Part shown: positions 21,090 to 31,984 of the stretch, in pieces
How the letters are laid out: the number at the start of each line of letters is the position of its first letter
Numbering within the stretch: position 1 is the stretch's first letter
Position numbers and translations under genes: made by a program
Assembly (NCBI GenBank): GCA_900617105.1
Contig: UYFQ01000711.1
Span: forward strand, 1 to 59,144
Direction of reading: 5' to 3'
DNA length: 59,144 nucleotides
Source: Hydrurus foetidus
Taxonomy: Eukaryota
Notes under the pieces: generated by a model
Database searches by the model: none
What the model saw: only the letters and a program-made list of their open reading frames with translations
Told to the model about the DNA's origin: nothing

Positions 21090-23101
21090 TTAATCGCTAT
21101 TCAGCGATTCGGGTGATAGTATGACATGGCAAGCAGAGGAAAAAATCTTTGACTTGACCGTAAATGTTTTCATGGCCATATCATGCATAGATCCACGATA
21201 TGCAGGGTCCACAATATGAATTCTTCCTTTGTCTGTGATTCCTAGAATAACAACGCTGTCACCTACTTTGATGTCGATCTTACCATCAATACTCATTTCT
21301 TGATATGCTTTCCACTGATGAGTGCCACGAACTCCCTTGAGATCTCGAGCTTGGCAAGTGGTCAAGTCCATGTCAAATTCCAACATCTTCTCCGTACTGT
21401 CAAGTCCTTTCACAATAGCTGATCCAAAACGTTGACTACTGTAACTGACAAGAGTGTACTCACTCAGTTTATCGTCCGCAATTGTTGTGATTCCCACTTC
21501 TTTACTCGCTAGGTCATTCTCAGTTTCACTCATGAACGATTCAAAAGTGCCGTTGGAATATGAAATGTTTGTTGAAGTAGTAGCGGTATTCACTATTCCA
21601 CGTGTTTTCTTCTGTAATAAGAACTTTTCTAATGTGGATTTTGTGACTTTTACATTTCTTTGCAACATTACTACCGTCGGAAAGTGTCGCTCCCAATTTT
21701 CTTTTGCACTTGCTACAAAGTCTCCGTTATCTTCTGTCATCACGTACGGTGTGCATGCTTCACCGATACAATTTTCTCCACCGTTGTAGGACCCTGAGAA
21801 AATAATCGATAAATTCTCAATGTGCTGCTTTGAGTTGACGTCTTTGATTCCCCTATACTTGGATTCTGCATCGTCTCTGACGGAAGAGTTGACAGGAAAG
21901 AGTGTATAGCACGCTTCTTCTTGGAAATTGTTTTCGAGCTGAGAGCTATCCCTTTACTTACGTTTGAGTAAAGTTGATGGACTGCGCTAGTATTCTTTTC
22001 TTTAACTTTATAACTATCAACGTTAGGATCGTTAATGTCACCATCTCGCCACAATCCAACTGTAGGTTTCCTGGTGTGAGGATACCATGTGCTATCTTGG
22101 TCCAAAAAATATTTCTGTCCTGCGGTTAATGAAGTACCGACGCTCGCCCTCGCACTTCTCCTGGGATAGAAAAATTTCAGATCTTCATTTTACAGAGCAC
22201 TTTCATGATATGTTCCTTTCATGTAAATAAAGTCTTACCGGACATATTGCAGAAGATCGACAGCAACAGCCATCAGTGATTCAGATGTCACGTAAAGATT
22301 CGTGGGGTCGTTCAGGCTATTCATTAAACCCTTTTGAAGGCTCAGGTAAGACGGCGGTTCCAATTCCGGTATACCAACAACCTTAAACATATTGATAATT
22401 GGATAAGATGGGTGAATACTAAAATAAGTAGGGAAAAGTAAGCGATATAATAATCTAACCTTCAGAACACCAATATCCAAAGTCCAAGGTGGAACAAAAA
22501 TCTGCTTGTTCTCGAATCTCTCACATTTTAATTCCAGGTCCTCATTAATGTCAACGAGATCGATGTTGTTCTTGATTACGAGGAAAAGCGGCCCAGATAT
22601 TCCGTACTGTTGGTATTGCAGTGGAAACCACTGTTACATGTGAAAGTCACAGAATATAAGGTGATCAGTAACACTTACCAGATATTTCGGATTGGTGTTG
22701 ATCTTAAGTCTAGTAGACAAATTTGGATCATGAGAAAGAGCGATATCATTCAAGGTCTCGACAGCACTAGCTCCAAAATGATTAGCAACAAGGCTGTGCG
22801 CGACTCGAGCTGAAATGTACGGTCTGTTGACATTGTTCCTGGCATCAGTGAGATCAACATTCTGCACGATTCGTGCTGCATTTTTGATTTCTATAGGAAC
22901 GTTTTTTTTGGACTTGGTTAGCTGGTCTCCAGAGGCAGTTAAAGTAATGAGATGAACCACTACAGTAAGTGTGCCGTCGACATCCGGAACAGCCGAAGGA
23001 ACTGCTGGAATTGGCGTCGGCTCGATCATGACCACTTCGTCATAGTTGAGTTCGACATCGTCGACTTCGACATCATCGATTTCGACATCGGAGTCGATCA
23101 T
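21090..23101 (-). CDS. Intron-containing cargo gene of unknown function inside the Tc1 TIRs
   Basis: Consecutive minus-strand ORFs can be joined by GT-AG introns (e.g. KYL|gtaagt...cag|WFPL and QYVR|gtaaga...cccag|). Acidic N-terminus. The last junction is uncertain. Confidence 0.65.
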
Positions 23102-23464
23102 TCTTGTTTTGTGTGATCGTTGAAGGAAATAAATCTAAAGTGGCAATAGTCAGACCTGTCAGAGACACTTTCGTGTCGAACGGCATTTCAATTCCGGTAT
23201 GTCGTGTTGAATAGGATGGTGAGAGGTTGAGATACAGATATGGCACAAGTAACAAATGTGACCGTGCACTTCGAAGTTTTTAAGTCTGATTTTGACGGAA
23301 AATATGGACATTATATTCTGTCTTGGTAATATTGTTTCCATACCTCCGGTACTATAAAGACTCTTTATGGGGTAGTCCCCTCCGGCCAGATTTTTTTTTT
23401 CGTACCTGGGTACGAAAAAGATCCTTTTCGTACCGCTGTGGGGAACAGGCTACCAAATGAGGCC

Positions 23465-23549
23465 AACCAATGGCTCCGGCCCTATATATACGCACGCGTT
23501 ACGCTACGCTAGGCGTTATATATACAGCACAATTTAAGTCTAGCGTAGC
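23465..23549 (+). promoter_or_regulatory. Putative YR promoter: CCAAT, two TATATATA boxes, 10-bp inverted repeat
   Basis: GCTACGCTAG (23503-23512) and CTAGCGTAGC (23540-23549) flank the second TATA box, just before ATG 23553. Confidence 0.45.
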
Positions 23550-23552
23550 ACG

Positions 23553-24902
23553 ATGGAACCGTGCACGAGCCAAGAAATGCTGTCGGATAGCCAGGCCGAG
23601 CTCCTGAAAAATGTGGCGGATTTCGGGTTTCTTTCGGACGACTGGTGGGACGATATGAACAACGATTTGGAAGAGAAGCCGAAGGTGGAGCCTCAGCCAA
23701 AAGATTTTGTACCTCTCGGTAGCTTAATCTGGGGAGAAGAGGGCCAAAATAGCCGGGAATGGAGCGATGCGATGGACTCTTTCGGATCTCGGAAGCTGTA
23801 TGAAGACCGCCTGAACGACTTTTTGGAAGCGGCAAGAGTGGATCATTCAGGATCTACGCTGGAAATGAAGCTGGTAAATTATTTTAACAATGCCCGAAGC
23901 CAAAAGAACGAAAAGGGCGAGGACAAATATCGTGCATCGTCTTTTAGGTCCTGGAATTCAGTGTTTTCCAAGTTTTGGAAGCACTGCAGAAACCAGGACC
24001 TGAAGCAGATTTTGCCCGCAATCGAGGATAAGATCGGAAAATGGGAAAAGCTGCAACAGGAAGCTAAACAGGCGAAGACGTTCACAAAAGATGAGTTAAT
24101 TACATTTTTTGAAATGCCTACAACTGTTGAAAATCTCGCTGATAAAGCGTACGCAGCCATTGCATTATCATTCGCAGCAAGAGGTGTCGAAGCGGCAGGC
24201 ATTAGCTGGGAAAATGTGTCCCGAACAATTGATTCTGTCACAAAAGAGTCCCAAATAACCATCTGGTACAAGCGCACCAAAACCACTGGCGTGCCGGAGA
24301 CCCTCGTTGCACTCATCACCGGAAGGCTTGAAACAAAGGCACTCGAAGAATACAAGTCGTGCTTCGCTACAGCTGAAAAGACAGGACGATACTTCCGGGA
24401 GTTAGTATGTACAGCCTCAGGAACGGCAATTACGGCCACAAAGCAAAACATCGGCCACAACACTACGGCCAAAACGGGGGTCCGGATTGCAAACCGGTTA
24501 GGCCTGGATTCTCCAGGATTGTACACCGCCCACACGTTCCGGCGTACAGCGGCCACGATTTGCGCCGAATCCGGCATGACGCTTCCGGAAATCAAATTGG
24601 TTACAGGTAAAAAATCAAAACAGTAAATTTGAATAAAACCGTTTTACTGTTATTTTAACGACCCTGAACCTATACCGTAATTAGGGCATAGGTCGGACAC
24701 TGTAGCACAAAGATACATTGACCAGTCAACCATAATGAAACAGAGAGCATCGGATGTCCTCTCACTGGGGGTCTCCAAGTTGACAGCGACGGCCAACAGC
24801 TCCGTAAAAGAAAGCCGGAATTTGACGGGGCTCGAAGACAGTCACCGGAGGAGAGGAGCAGATTACCACGCGATTATAACAAAGAAAATAGCCCTAGAAT
24901 AG
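23553..24902 (+). CDS. Tyrosine recombinase (Crypton-like), exons 23553-24606 and 24685-24902
   Basis: R (FAARGVE), K (KRTKT), HTFRRT. The phase-1 GT-AG intron restores VTGHRSDTVAQRY, supplying the H and the catalytic Y. Confidence 0.9.
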
Positions 24903-25140
24903 TCTATAATGTTCAATTTCACAACTGTGGAAAAGTAAACTATCAAATGCCCCCAGAAAATACCGATAATTAATGAAAAAATTTGCTCAAAAACATTCCA
25001 CTTCGAAAAATCTCGGTAATTGCACCTCGAAAAGTCGGCATGGAAAGTAACGTTCGTACAATCTCGCCCGTAACCTCGGCCTATTTTTTCGTCCCTTGGA
25101 ACCGATTTTCGTACTCCTGAAACACCCTCGCGTCGCGCTC

Positions 25141-28100
25141 CGCGCGCCCCTCGTGCGTTTCAGGAGTACGAAAATCGGTTCCGCGGGACGAAAAAATGGC
25201 CTCGTTTACGGTCTCGGTACGAAATTACCAGTTCTACATCTACATCCACATCTGCTCTGTGTTCTGTCCTGTACTCTACCTCTCGCGCGACGCGAGGGTG
25301 TTTCAGGAGTACGAAAATCGGTTCCGCGGGACGAAAAAATGGCCTCGTTTACGGTCTCGGTACGAAATTACCAGTTCTACATCTACATCCACATCTGCTC
25401 TGTGTTCTGTCCTGTACTCTACCTCTCGCGCGACGCGAGGGTGTTTCAGGAGTACGAAAATCGGTTCCGCGGGAAGAAAAAATGGCCTCGTTTACGGTCT
25501 CGGTACGAAATTACCAGTTCTACATCTACATCCACATCTGCTCTGTGTTCTGTCCTGTACTCTACCTCCCGCGCGCCCCTCGTGCGTTTCAGGAGTACGA
25601 AAATCGGTTCCGCGGGACGAAAAAATGGCCTCGTTTACGGTCTCGGTACGAAATTACCAGTTCTACATCTACATCCACATCTGCTCTGTGTTCTGTCCTG
25701 TACTCTACCTCTCGCGCGACGCGAGGGTGTTTCAGGAGTACGAAAATCGGTTCCAAGGGACGAAAAAATGGCCTCGTTTACGGTCTCGGTACGAAATTAC
25801 CAGTTCTACATCTACATCCACATCTGCTCTGTGTTCTGTCCTGTACTCTACCTCTCGCGCGACGCGAGGGTGTTTCAGGAGTACGAAAATCGGTTCCGCG
25901 GGAAGAAAAAATGGCCTCGTTTACGGTCTCGGGTCTCGGTACGAAATTACCAGTTCTACATCTACATCCACATCTGCTCTGTGTTCTGTCCTGTACTCTA
26001 CCTCCCGCGCGACGCGAGGGTGTTTCAGGAGTACGAAAATCGGTTCCGCGGGACGAAAAAATGGCCTCGTTTACGGTCTCGGTACGAAATTACCAGTTCT
26101 ACATCTACATCCACATCTGCTCTGTGTTCTGTCCTGTACTCTACCTCTCGCGCGACGCGAGGGTGTTTCAGGAGTACGAAAATCGGTTCCGCGGGACGAA
26201 AAAATGGCCTCGTTTACGGTCTCGGTACGAAATTACCAGTTCTACATCTACATCCACATCTGCTCTGTGTTCTGTCCTGTACTCTACCTCCCGCGCGACG
26301 CGAGGGTGTTTCAGGAGTACGAAAATCGGTTCCGCGGGACGAAAAAATGGCCTCGTTTACGGTCTCGGTACGAAATTACCAGTTCTACATCTACATCCAC
26401 ATCTGCTCTGTGTTCTGTCCTGTACTCTACCTCTCGCGCGACGCGAGGGTGTTTCAGGAGTACGAAAATCGGTTCCAAGGGACGAAAAAATGGCCTCGTT
26501 TACGGTCTCGGTACGAAATTACCAGTTCTACATCTACATCCACATCTGCTCTGTGTTCTGTCCTGTACTCTACCTCTCGCGCGACGCGAGGGTGTTTCAG
26601 GAGTACGAAAATCGGTTCCGCGGGAAGAAAAAATGGCCTCGTTTACGGTCTCGGTACGAAATTACCAGTTCTACATCTACATCCACATCTGCTCTGTGTT
26701 CTGTCCTGTACTCTACCTCCCGCGCGACGCGAGGGTGTTTCAGGAGTACGAAAATCGGTTCCGCGGGACGAAAAAATGGCCTCGTTTACGGTCTCGGTAC
26801 GAAATTACCAGTTCTACATCTACATCCACATCTGCTCTACGTCGTTCTGGCCTCCGGTCTCGGTACGAAATTACCAGTTCTACATCTACATCGCGTTCTG
26901 TCGCGACGCGAGGGTGTTTCAGGAGTACGAAAATCGGTTCCGCGGGACGAAAAAATGGCCTCGTTTACGGTCTCGGTACGAAATTACCAGTTCTACATCT
27001 ACATCCACATCTGCTCTGTGTTCTGTCCTGTACTCTACCTCTCGCGCGACGCGAGGGTGTTTCAGGAGTACGAAAATCGGTTCCGCGGGACGAAAAAATG
27101 GCCTCGTTTACGGTCTCGGTACGAAATTACCAGTTCTACATCTACATCCACATCTGCTCTGTGTTCTGTCCTGTACTCTACCTCTCGCGCGACGCGAGGG
27201 TGTTTCAGGAGTACGAAAATCGGTTCCGCGGGACGAAAAAATGGCCTCGTTTACGGTCTCGGTACGAAATTACCAGTTCTACATCTACATCCACATCTGC
27301 TCTGTGTTCTGTCCTGTACTCTACCTCTCGCGCGACGCGAGGGTGTTTCAGGAGTACGAAAATCGGTTCCGCGGGACGAAAAAATGGCCTCGTTTACGGT
27401 CTCGGTACGAAATTACCAGTTCTACATCTACATCCACATCTGCTCTGTGTTCTGTCCTGTACTCTACCTCTCGCGCGACGCGAGGGTGTTTCAGGAGTAC
27501 GAAAATCGGTTCCGCGGGACGAAAAAATGGCCTCGTTTACGGTCTCGGTACGAAATTACCAGTTCTACATCTACATCCACATCTGCTCTGTGTTCTGTCC
27601 TGTACTCTACCTCTCGCGCGACGCGAGGGTGTTTCAGGAGTACGAAAATCGGTTCCGCGGGAAGAAAAAATGGCCTCGTTTACGGTCTCGGTACGAAATT
27701 ACCAGTTCTACATCTACATCCACATCTGCTCTGTGTTCTGTCCTGTACTCTACCTCTCAAAATTTCGCAAGGAATTTCGTATACAAGCCTCTTGTACTTT
27801 GGATCTGAAAAGGAGCGGCTCGCACCGGTTCCGATCCGACTTCGATCCAGAGAATCCAATCCGCAAGTGCACAAGTTCGCGCGACGCGAGGGTGTTTCAG
27901 GAGTACGAAAATCGGTTCCGCGGGACGAAAAAATGGCCTCGTTTACGGTCTCGGTACGAAATTACCAGTTCTACATCTACATCCACATCTGCTCTGTGTT
28001 CTGTCCTGTACTCTACCTCTCGCGCGACGCGAGGGTGTTTCAGGAGTACGAAAATCGGTTCCGCGGGACGAAAAAATGGCCTCGTTTACGGTCTCGGTAC

Positions 28101-29164
28101 GAAATTACCAGTTCTACATCTACATCCACATCTGCTCTGTGTTCTGTCCTGTACTCTACCTCTCGCGCGACGCGAGGGTGTTTCAGGAGTACGAAAATCG
28201 GTTCCGCGGGAAGAAAAAATGGCCTCGTTTACGGTCTCGGTACGAAATTACCAGTTCTACATCTACATCCACATCTGCTCTGTGTTCTGTCCTGTACTCT
28301 ACCTCCCGCGCGACGCGAGGGTGTTTCAGGAGTACGAAAATCGGTTCCGCAGGACGAAAAAATGGCCTCGTTTACGGTCTCGGTACGAAATTACCAGTTC
28401 TACATCTACATCCACATCTGCTCTGTGTTCTGTCCTGTACTCTACCTCTCGCGCGACGCGAGGGTGTTTCAGGAGTACGAAAATCGGTTCCGCGGGACGA
28501 AAAAATGGCCTCGTTTACGGTCTCGGTACGAAATTACCAGTTCTACATCTACATCCACATCTGCTCTGTGTTCTGTCCTGTACTCTACCTCTCGCGCGAC
28601 GCGAGGGTGTTTCAGGAGTACGAAAATCGGTTCCGCGGGACGAAAAAATGGCCTCGTTTACGGTCTCGGTACGAAATTACCAGTTCTACATCTACATCCA
28701 CATCTGCTCTGTGTTCTGTCCTGTACTCTACCTCTCGCGCGACGCGAGGGTGTTTCAGGAGTACGAAAATCGGTTCCGCGGACGAAAAAATGGCCTCGTT
28801 TACGGTCTCGGTACGAAATTACCAGTTCTACATCTACATCCACATCTGCTCTGTGTTCTGTCCTGTACTCTACCTCTCGCGCGACGCGAGGGTGTTTCAG
28901 GAGTACGAAAATCGGTTCCGCGGGACGAAAAAATGGCCTCGTTTACGGTCTCGGTACGAAATTACCAGTTCTACATCTACATCCACATCTGCTCTGTGTT
29001 CTGTCCTGTACTCTACCTCTCGCGCGACGCGAGGGTGTTTCAGGAGTACGAAAATCGGTTCCGCGGGAAGAAAAAATGGCCTCGTTTACGGTCTCGGTAC
29101 GAAATTACCAGTTCTACATCTACATCCACATCTGCTCTGTGTTCTGTCCTGTACTCTACCTCTC
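25141..29164 (+). repeat. Tandem array of 27 near-identical 143-bp units
   Basis: CAGGAGTACGAAAATCGG recurs every 143 bp (25161, 25304, 25447 ... 29041). Irregularities: a 7-bp duplication near 25930, an aberrant unit near 26840-26900, a 120-bp insert at 27759-27878 and one 142-bp unit. Confidence 0.97.
27759..27878 (+). repeat. 120-bp copy of the array's right flank (29165-29284) embedded in the array
   Basis: AAAATTTCGCAAGG...GTGCAC(A/T)AGTTC is present at both places with one mismatch. Confidence 0.95.
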
Positions 29165-29619
29165 AAAATTTCGCAAGGAATTTCGTATACAAGCCTCTTG
29201 TACTTTGGATCTGAAAAGGAGCGGCTCGCACCGGTTCCGATCCGACTTCGATCCAGAGAATCCAATCCGCAAGTGCACTAGTTCCCGGCGTCACTTAAAT
29301 ATTATGAAAATTTCGGTAGTAGCTCACCTCTCAACTTTCGTTTCTCCAATCCCGCTTCTCAACTTTCGTTTCTCCAATCCCGCTTCTCAACCTCGAACAC
29401 TTCTCAACTCTCGCTTCTCAACTACATTCACTTCTCAACTCTCACTTCTCCAATAATAAATGAAAGATGAAAAAGTGAAATGAAAAATGAAAGAAAACGG
29501 CAAAAACGGAACACCGTTACACCGCATTAATTTGCTACAGCTCCACACTGATTGAATCTATTTTTTTAATGCTATGATAGCGATAATTTGTCATATTAAA
29601 TTGACAAAATAATTCTATT

Positions 29620-31301
29620 ATGCTTGAGTTTAATACTCTCTCATCTAAACGACACAAACTTTTGAAGTCCAACAATAAGCTGTTCTCCAAGTCGAAATTT
29701 ACCACTAATGCGAATGGTGAAATATTGAGATGCTACTGGGCATGTATTAATTCTACCAAAGGCTGTAAAGCAAAAGTAAAGTACTCTATAGACCAAGCCA
29801 TCGCTGGTGCAGACCACGATGGAATGTCGTTGGGAATAGTCAATATAACGGAGACAGAGCACGATGCAGAGTACTGTACCACAAATGCCACTGACATCGT
29901 TGTTAGGGATGCGAGAAATGCTATTTTCGTAAGAGCTACAGAAGGTTGGTAGCGCTCAATCTATTCTTGTTTTAGATTGCTTTACCTGCTGATATTTCAA
30001 TACAAAACTGTCAGGTGTGGACTTAGCTGTCGCCTATGCAAGCGTCATGAACCCTATTCAACTCGCAAATCCTGTTGCTGCAGGGAACATGCCTTCATGT
30101 GATGCCCTCCACAGTTCCTATTCTCGCCGAAAACTATTGATGTTCCCGCGGATCCCGCATACTTATGAAGATATTGACTGGCCTGACGAGTACAAATTGG
30201 CGGAGAGCGGAAGAAATTTTCTCCTTTTTAATGAGTCGTTTCCATCAATTCCTGGTGGTTTGGTGGATAACCATATCATGTGCTTCGGAACCAAGAAGTT
30301 CTTCAAGAAGCTTGTCCAAGAGAAACGAGTTCACATGGATGGTACATTCAAAGTTTGTCCAGAACCTTTCGTGCAACTATTCACAATATGCTCGTTTCAT
30401 CACGACGATGCTGTTGGTTACGAAGATGATCTGAATAATCGACTTCTTCCTAGGATTTACTGTCTTCTTAGCGGCAAATCTCAAATCGTATATGAGAGAC
30501 TATTCCAGCTTATAATTGATAAAGCCAACCACTGGAATTACAATGTTGCTTGGGAACAGTCGATGTCGGACTTCGAGTTTACCATCTTCAATGCTCTTGC
30601 GGTCAAGTTCCCAAATGTAACTCTTAGAGGATGTCATTTTCATTACTGCCAAGCAGTATTTAGGAGAATCCAGCGGAACATGAAAGTAAGTTATGCTTTT
30701 ATCTCAAGAATGCATTTGACAATCATCAAAACTCTTACACGAAATCATATGTCAGGCTGCATACAGCAATTTGGACACCGGTCTGAGAGTGGTTATCAAA
30801 AAAATATTCGCTCTAGCATTTTTAAGACATGATCGAACGAACGAGCAGATTATCAACGGAGAAGAATCCGATCTTCGCCAAGTCCTCGCTATTCTAATGC
30901 AAGATTTCTTAGGGCTTGTCGGTGAGAACATCAATCATGTTGATGTTCAAAGCTTTTTTCAGTATTACAACAACACTTGGATGACACGAGAGCGTGTTTG
31001 GAATGTGAGATCTTTGGACAAAAACAGGACGAATAACCACATGGAAGGTTGGCACTGTCATCTCAAAAATGTGATACAAAATAATCCGAATCTTTGGTCG
31101 TTTATCCAAAAGATCAAGGCAGAACAGACAGCAAAAGAAGCAGAAGTGAATCTTATGAATAATGAAGAGATCATTGTACCGCTGACGAGAAAATTAAGAA
31201 AGAAGGAACGAAAATTAGCACGTTATAAGGTTCGTTACCTTGAAGGAAACATCACACCACTTCAGTATGTTTCACGCATTTCAAATTTGATGAATTACTA
31301 A
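29620..31301 (+). CDS. MULE transposase, 3 exons (29620-29944, 30015-30685, 30756-31301), about 513 aa
   Basis: FLYWCH/WRKY-like YWAC...CKA...H; HMDGTFK, MSDFE, GCHFHYCQA, RTNNHMEGWH. Both GT-AG introns keep the frame. Confidence 0.92.
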
Positions 31302-31686
31302 GCGATCTATTCAAAATATTGAATCAATAATCTCGATCAATCTACCATTGTATTGGTCACATAACGCGACAAATTCGATTCTAAAGTTTCAGCGAATGCG
31401 TTAGCTACTTCAGATACAAACTGTAATGCAAGAACGATCATAGGACAATATATTTGTCAAATAAATTTCACGCATTAACCAACTCATACCATCAAATGGA
31501 CTCAGATATATATGCTAATGTCTAGTATGTTTCATACGCTTGCACCATTCCGCGAAATTTCGCCGTACAGACACTTCTGATTCAATAAATATACATGAAA
31601 CTTCAAGCGTAATCTAAAATCAATTAGTAACCTAATAATCTTGAACTCGACTATATTATTGTTCGTTCAAAAGAAGACACCGAAAA

Positions 31687-31716
31687 AGTATCAGTATCAG
31701 TATCAGTATCAGTATC
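31687..31716 (+). repeat. (AGTATC)5 microsatellite inside the MULE
   Basis: Read directly from the sequence. Confidence 0.9.
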
Positions 31717-31984
31717 TGTTGAGAAGTGAGAGTTGAGAAGTTGAGAAGCGAGAGTTGAGAAGTGTTCGAGGTTGAGAAGCGAGATTGGAGAAATGAAAGT
31801 TAAAAAGTGGGATTGGAAAAAATGGGTCCTAACCAAAATTTCACCTACGGTACTGAATGTACTGAACATAGTGCCAAGAAGTAAGAAGGGAGTGACAGAT
31901 CACAGGGATTCCAAAGCTTATGGATGGAAGCATCTCATCGAATAGAGAAACACCAAACTCAAAAGCTGCCTGAATCCTCGTGAA

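Larger units (their letters stand above)
19701..23329 (+). mobile_element. Tc1/IS630-family DNA transposon, 3.6 kb, with cargo gene
   Basis: 33-bp TIRs TTACCAAGACAGAATA(A/T)AATGTCCA(G/T)ATTTTCC; TA at 19699-19700 and 23330-23331. Confidence 0.92.
14212..23340 (-). mobile_element. Ngaro/DIRS-type tyrosine-recombinase retrotransposon, internally deleted, with a nested Tc1 element near its 5' end (right boundary inferred)
   Basis: gag, RT/RNase H and YR ORFs in DIRS order. 187-bp direct repeat at 14385-14571 and 19500-19686. TACCTCC at 14206 and 23341. Confidence 0.8.
23341..29162 (+). mobile_element. Crypton-like YR DNA transposon with tandem array (boundaries inferred)
   Basis: YR gene without RT. 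TACCTC direct repeats at 23341-23346 and 29157-29162. GTACGAAA motifs are shared by the left end and the array. Confidence 0.65.
29315..31834 (+). mobile_element. Mutator-like (MULE) transposon, 2.5 kb
   Basis: Imperfect 110-140-bp TIRs built from CTTCTCAAC(T) subrepeats. 8-bp TSD AAAATTTC at 29307-29314 and 31835-31842. The empty site is visible in the paralogous promoter near 35570. Confidence 0.92.

Noticed and set aside
21090..23101. Fanzor/TnpB as the Tc1 cargo
   Set aside because: No RuvC D/E/D motifs or CxxC zinc ribbon are visible in the assembled frames.
23366..23370. TATGG as a CryptonS-type terminus
   Set aside because: No matching TATGG was seen at the right end, and TACCTC explains both ends better.
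23879..24595. 238-aa antisense ORF and the many other short ORFs overlapping TE genes
   Set aside because: These are shadows of real coding strands with no independent motifs.
25141..25283. Centromeric satellite based on near-nucleosomal unit length
   Set aside because: Length alone is not evidence. The array is only 4 kb and is linked by shared motifs to the adjacent YR element.
26838..26902. Aberrant array unit as a meaningful spacer
   Set aside because: It consists largely of scrambled unit fragments, consistent with slippage or consensus error.
25141..29164. CRISPR array
   Set aside because: The units are contiguous and nearly identical with no unique spacers, the context is eukaryotic, and there are no cas genes.
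25096..29456. 870-1372-aa ORFs as real genes
   Set aside because: They arise in all three frames from a stop-free 143-bp repeat and show no domain. Kept only as a low-interest note.
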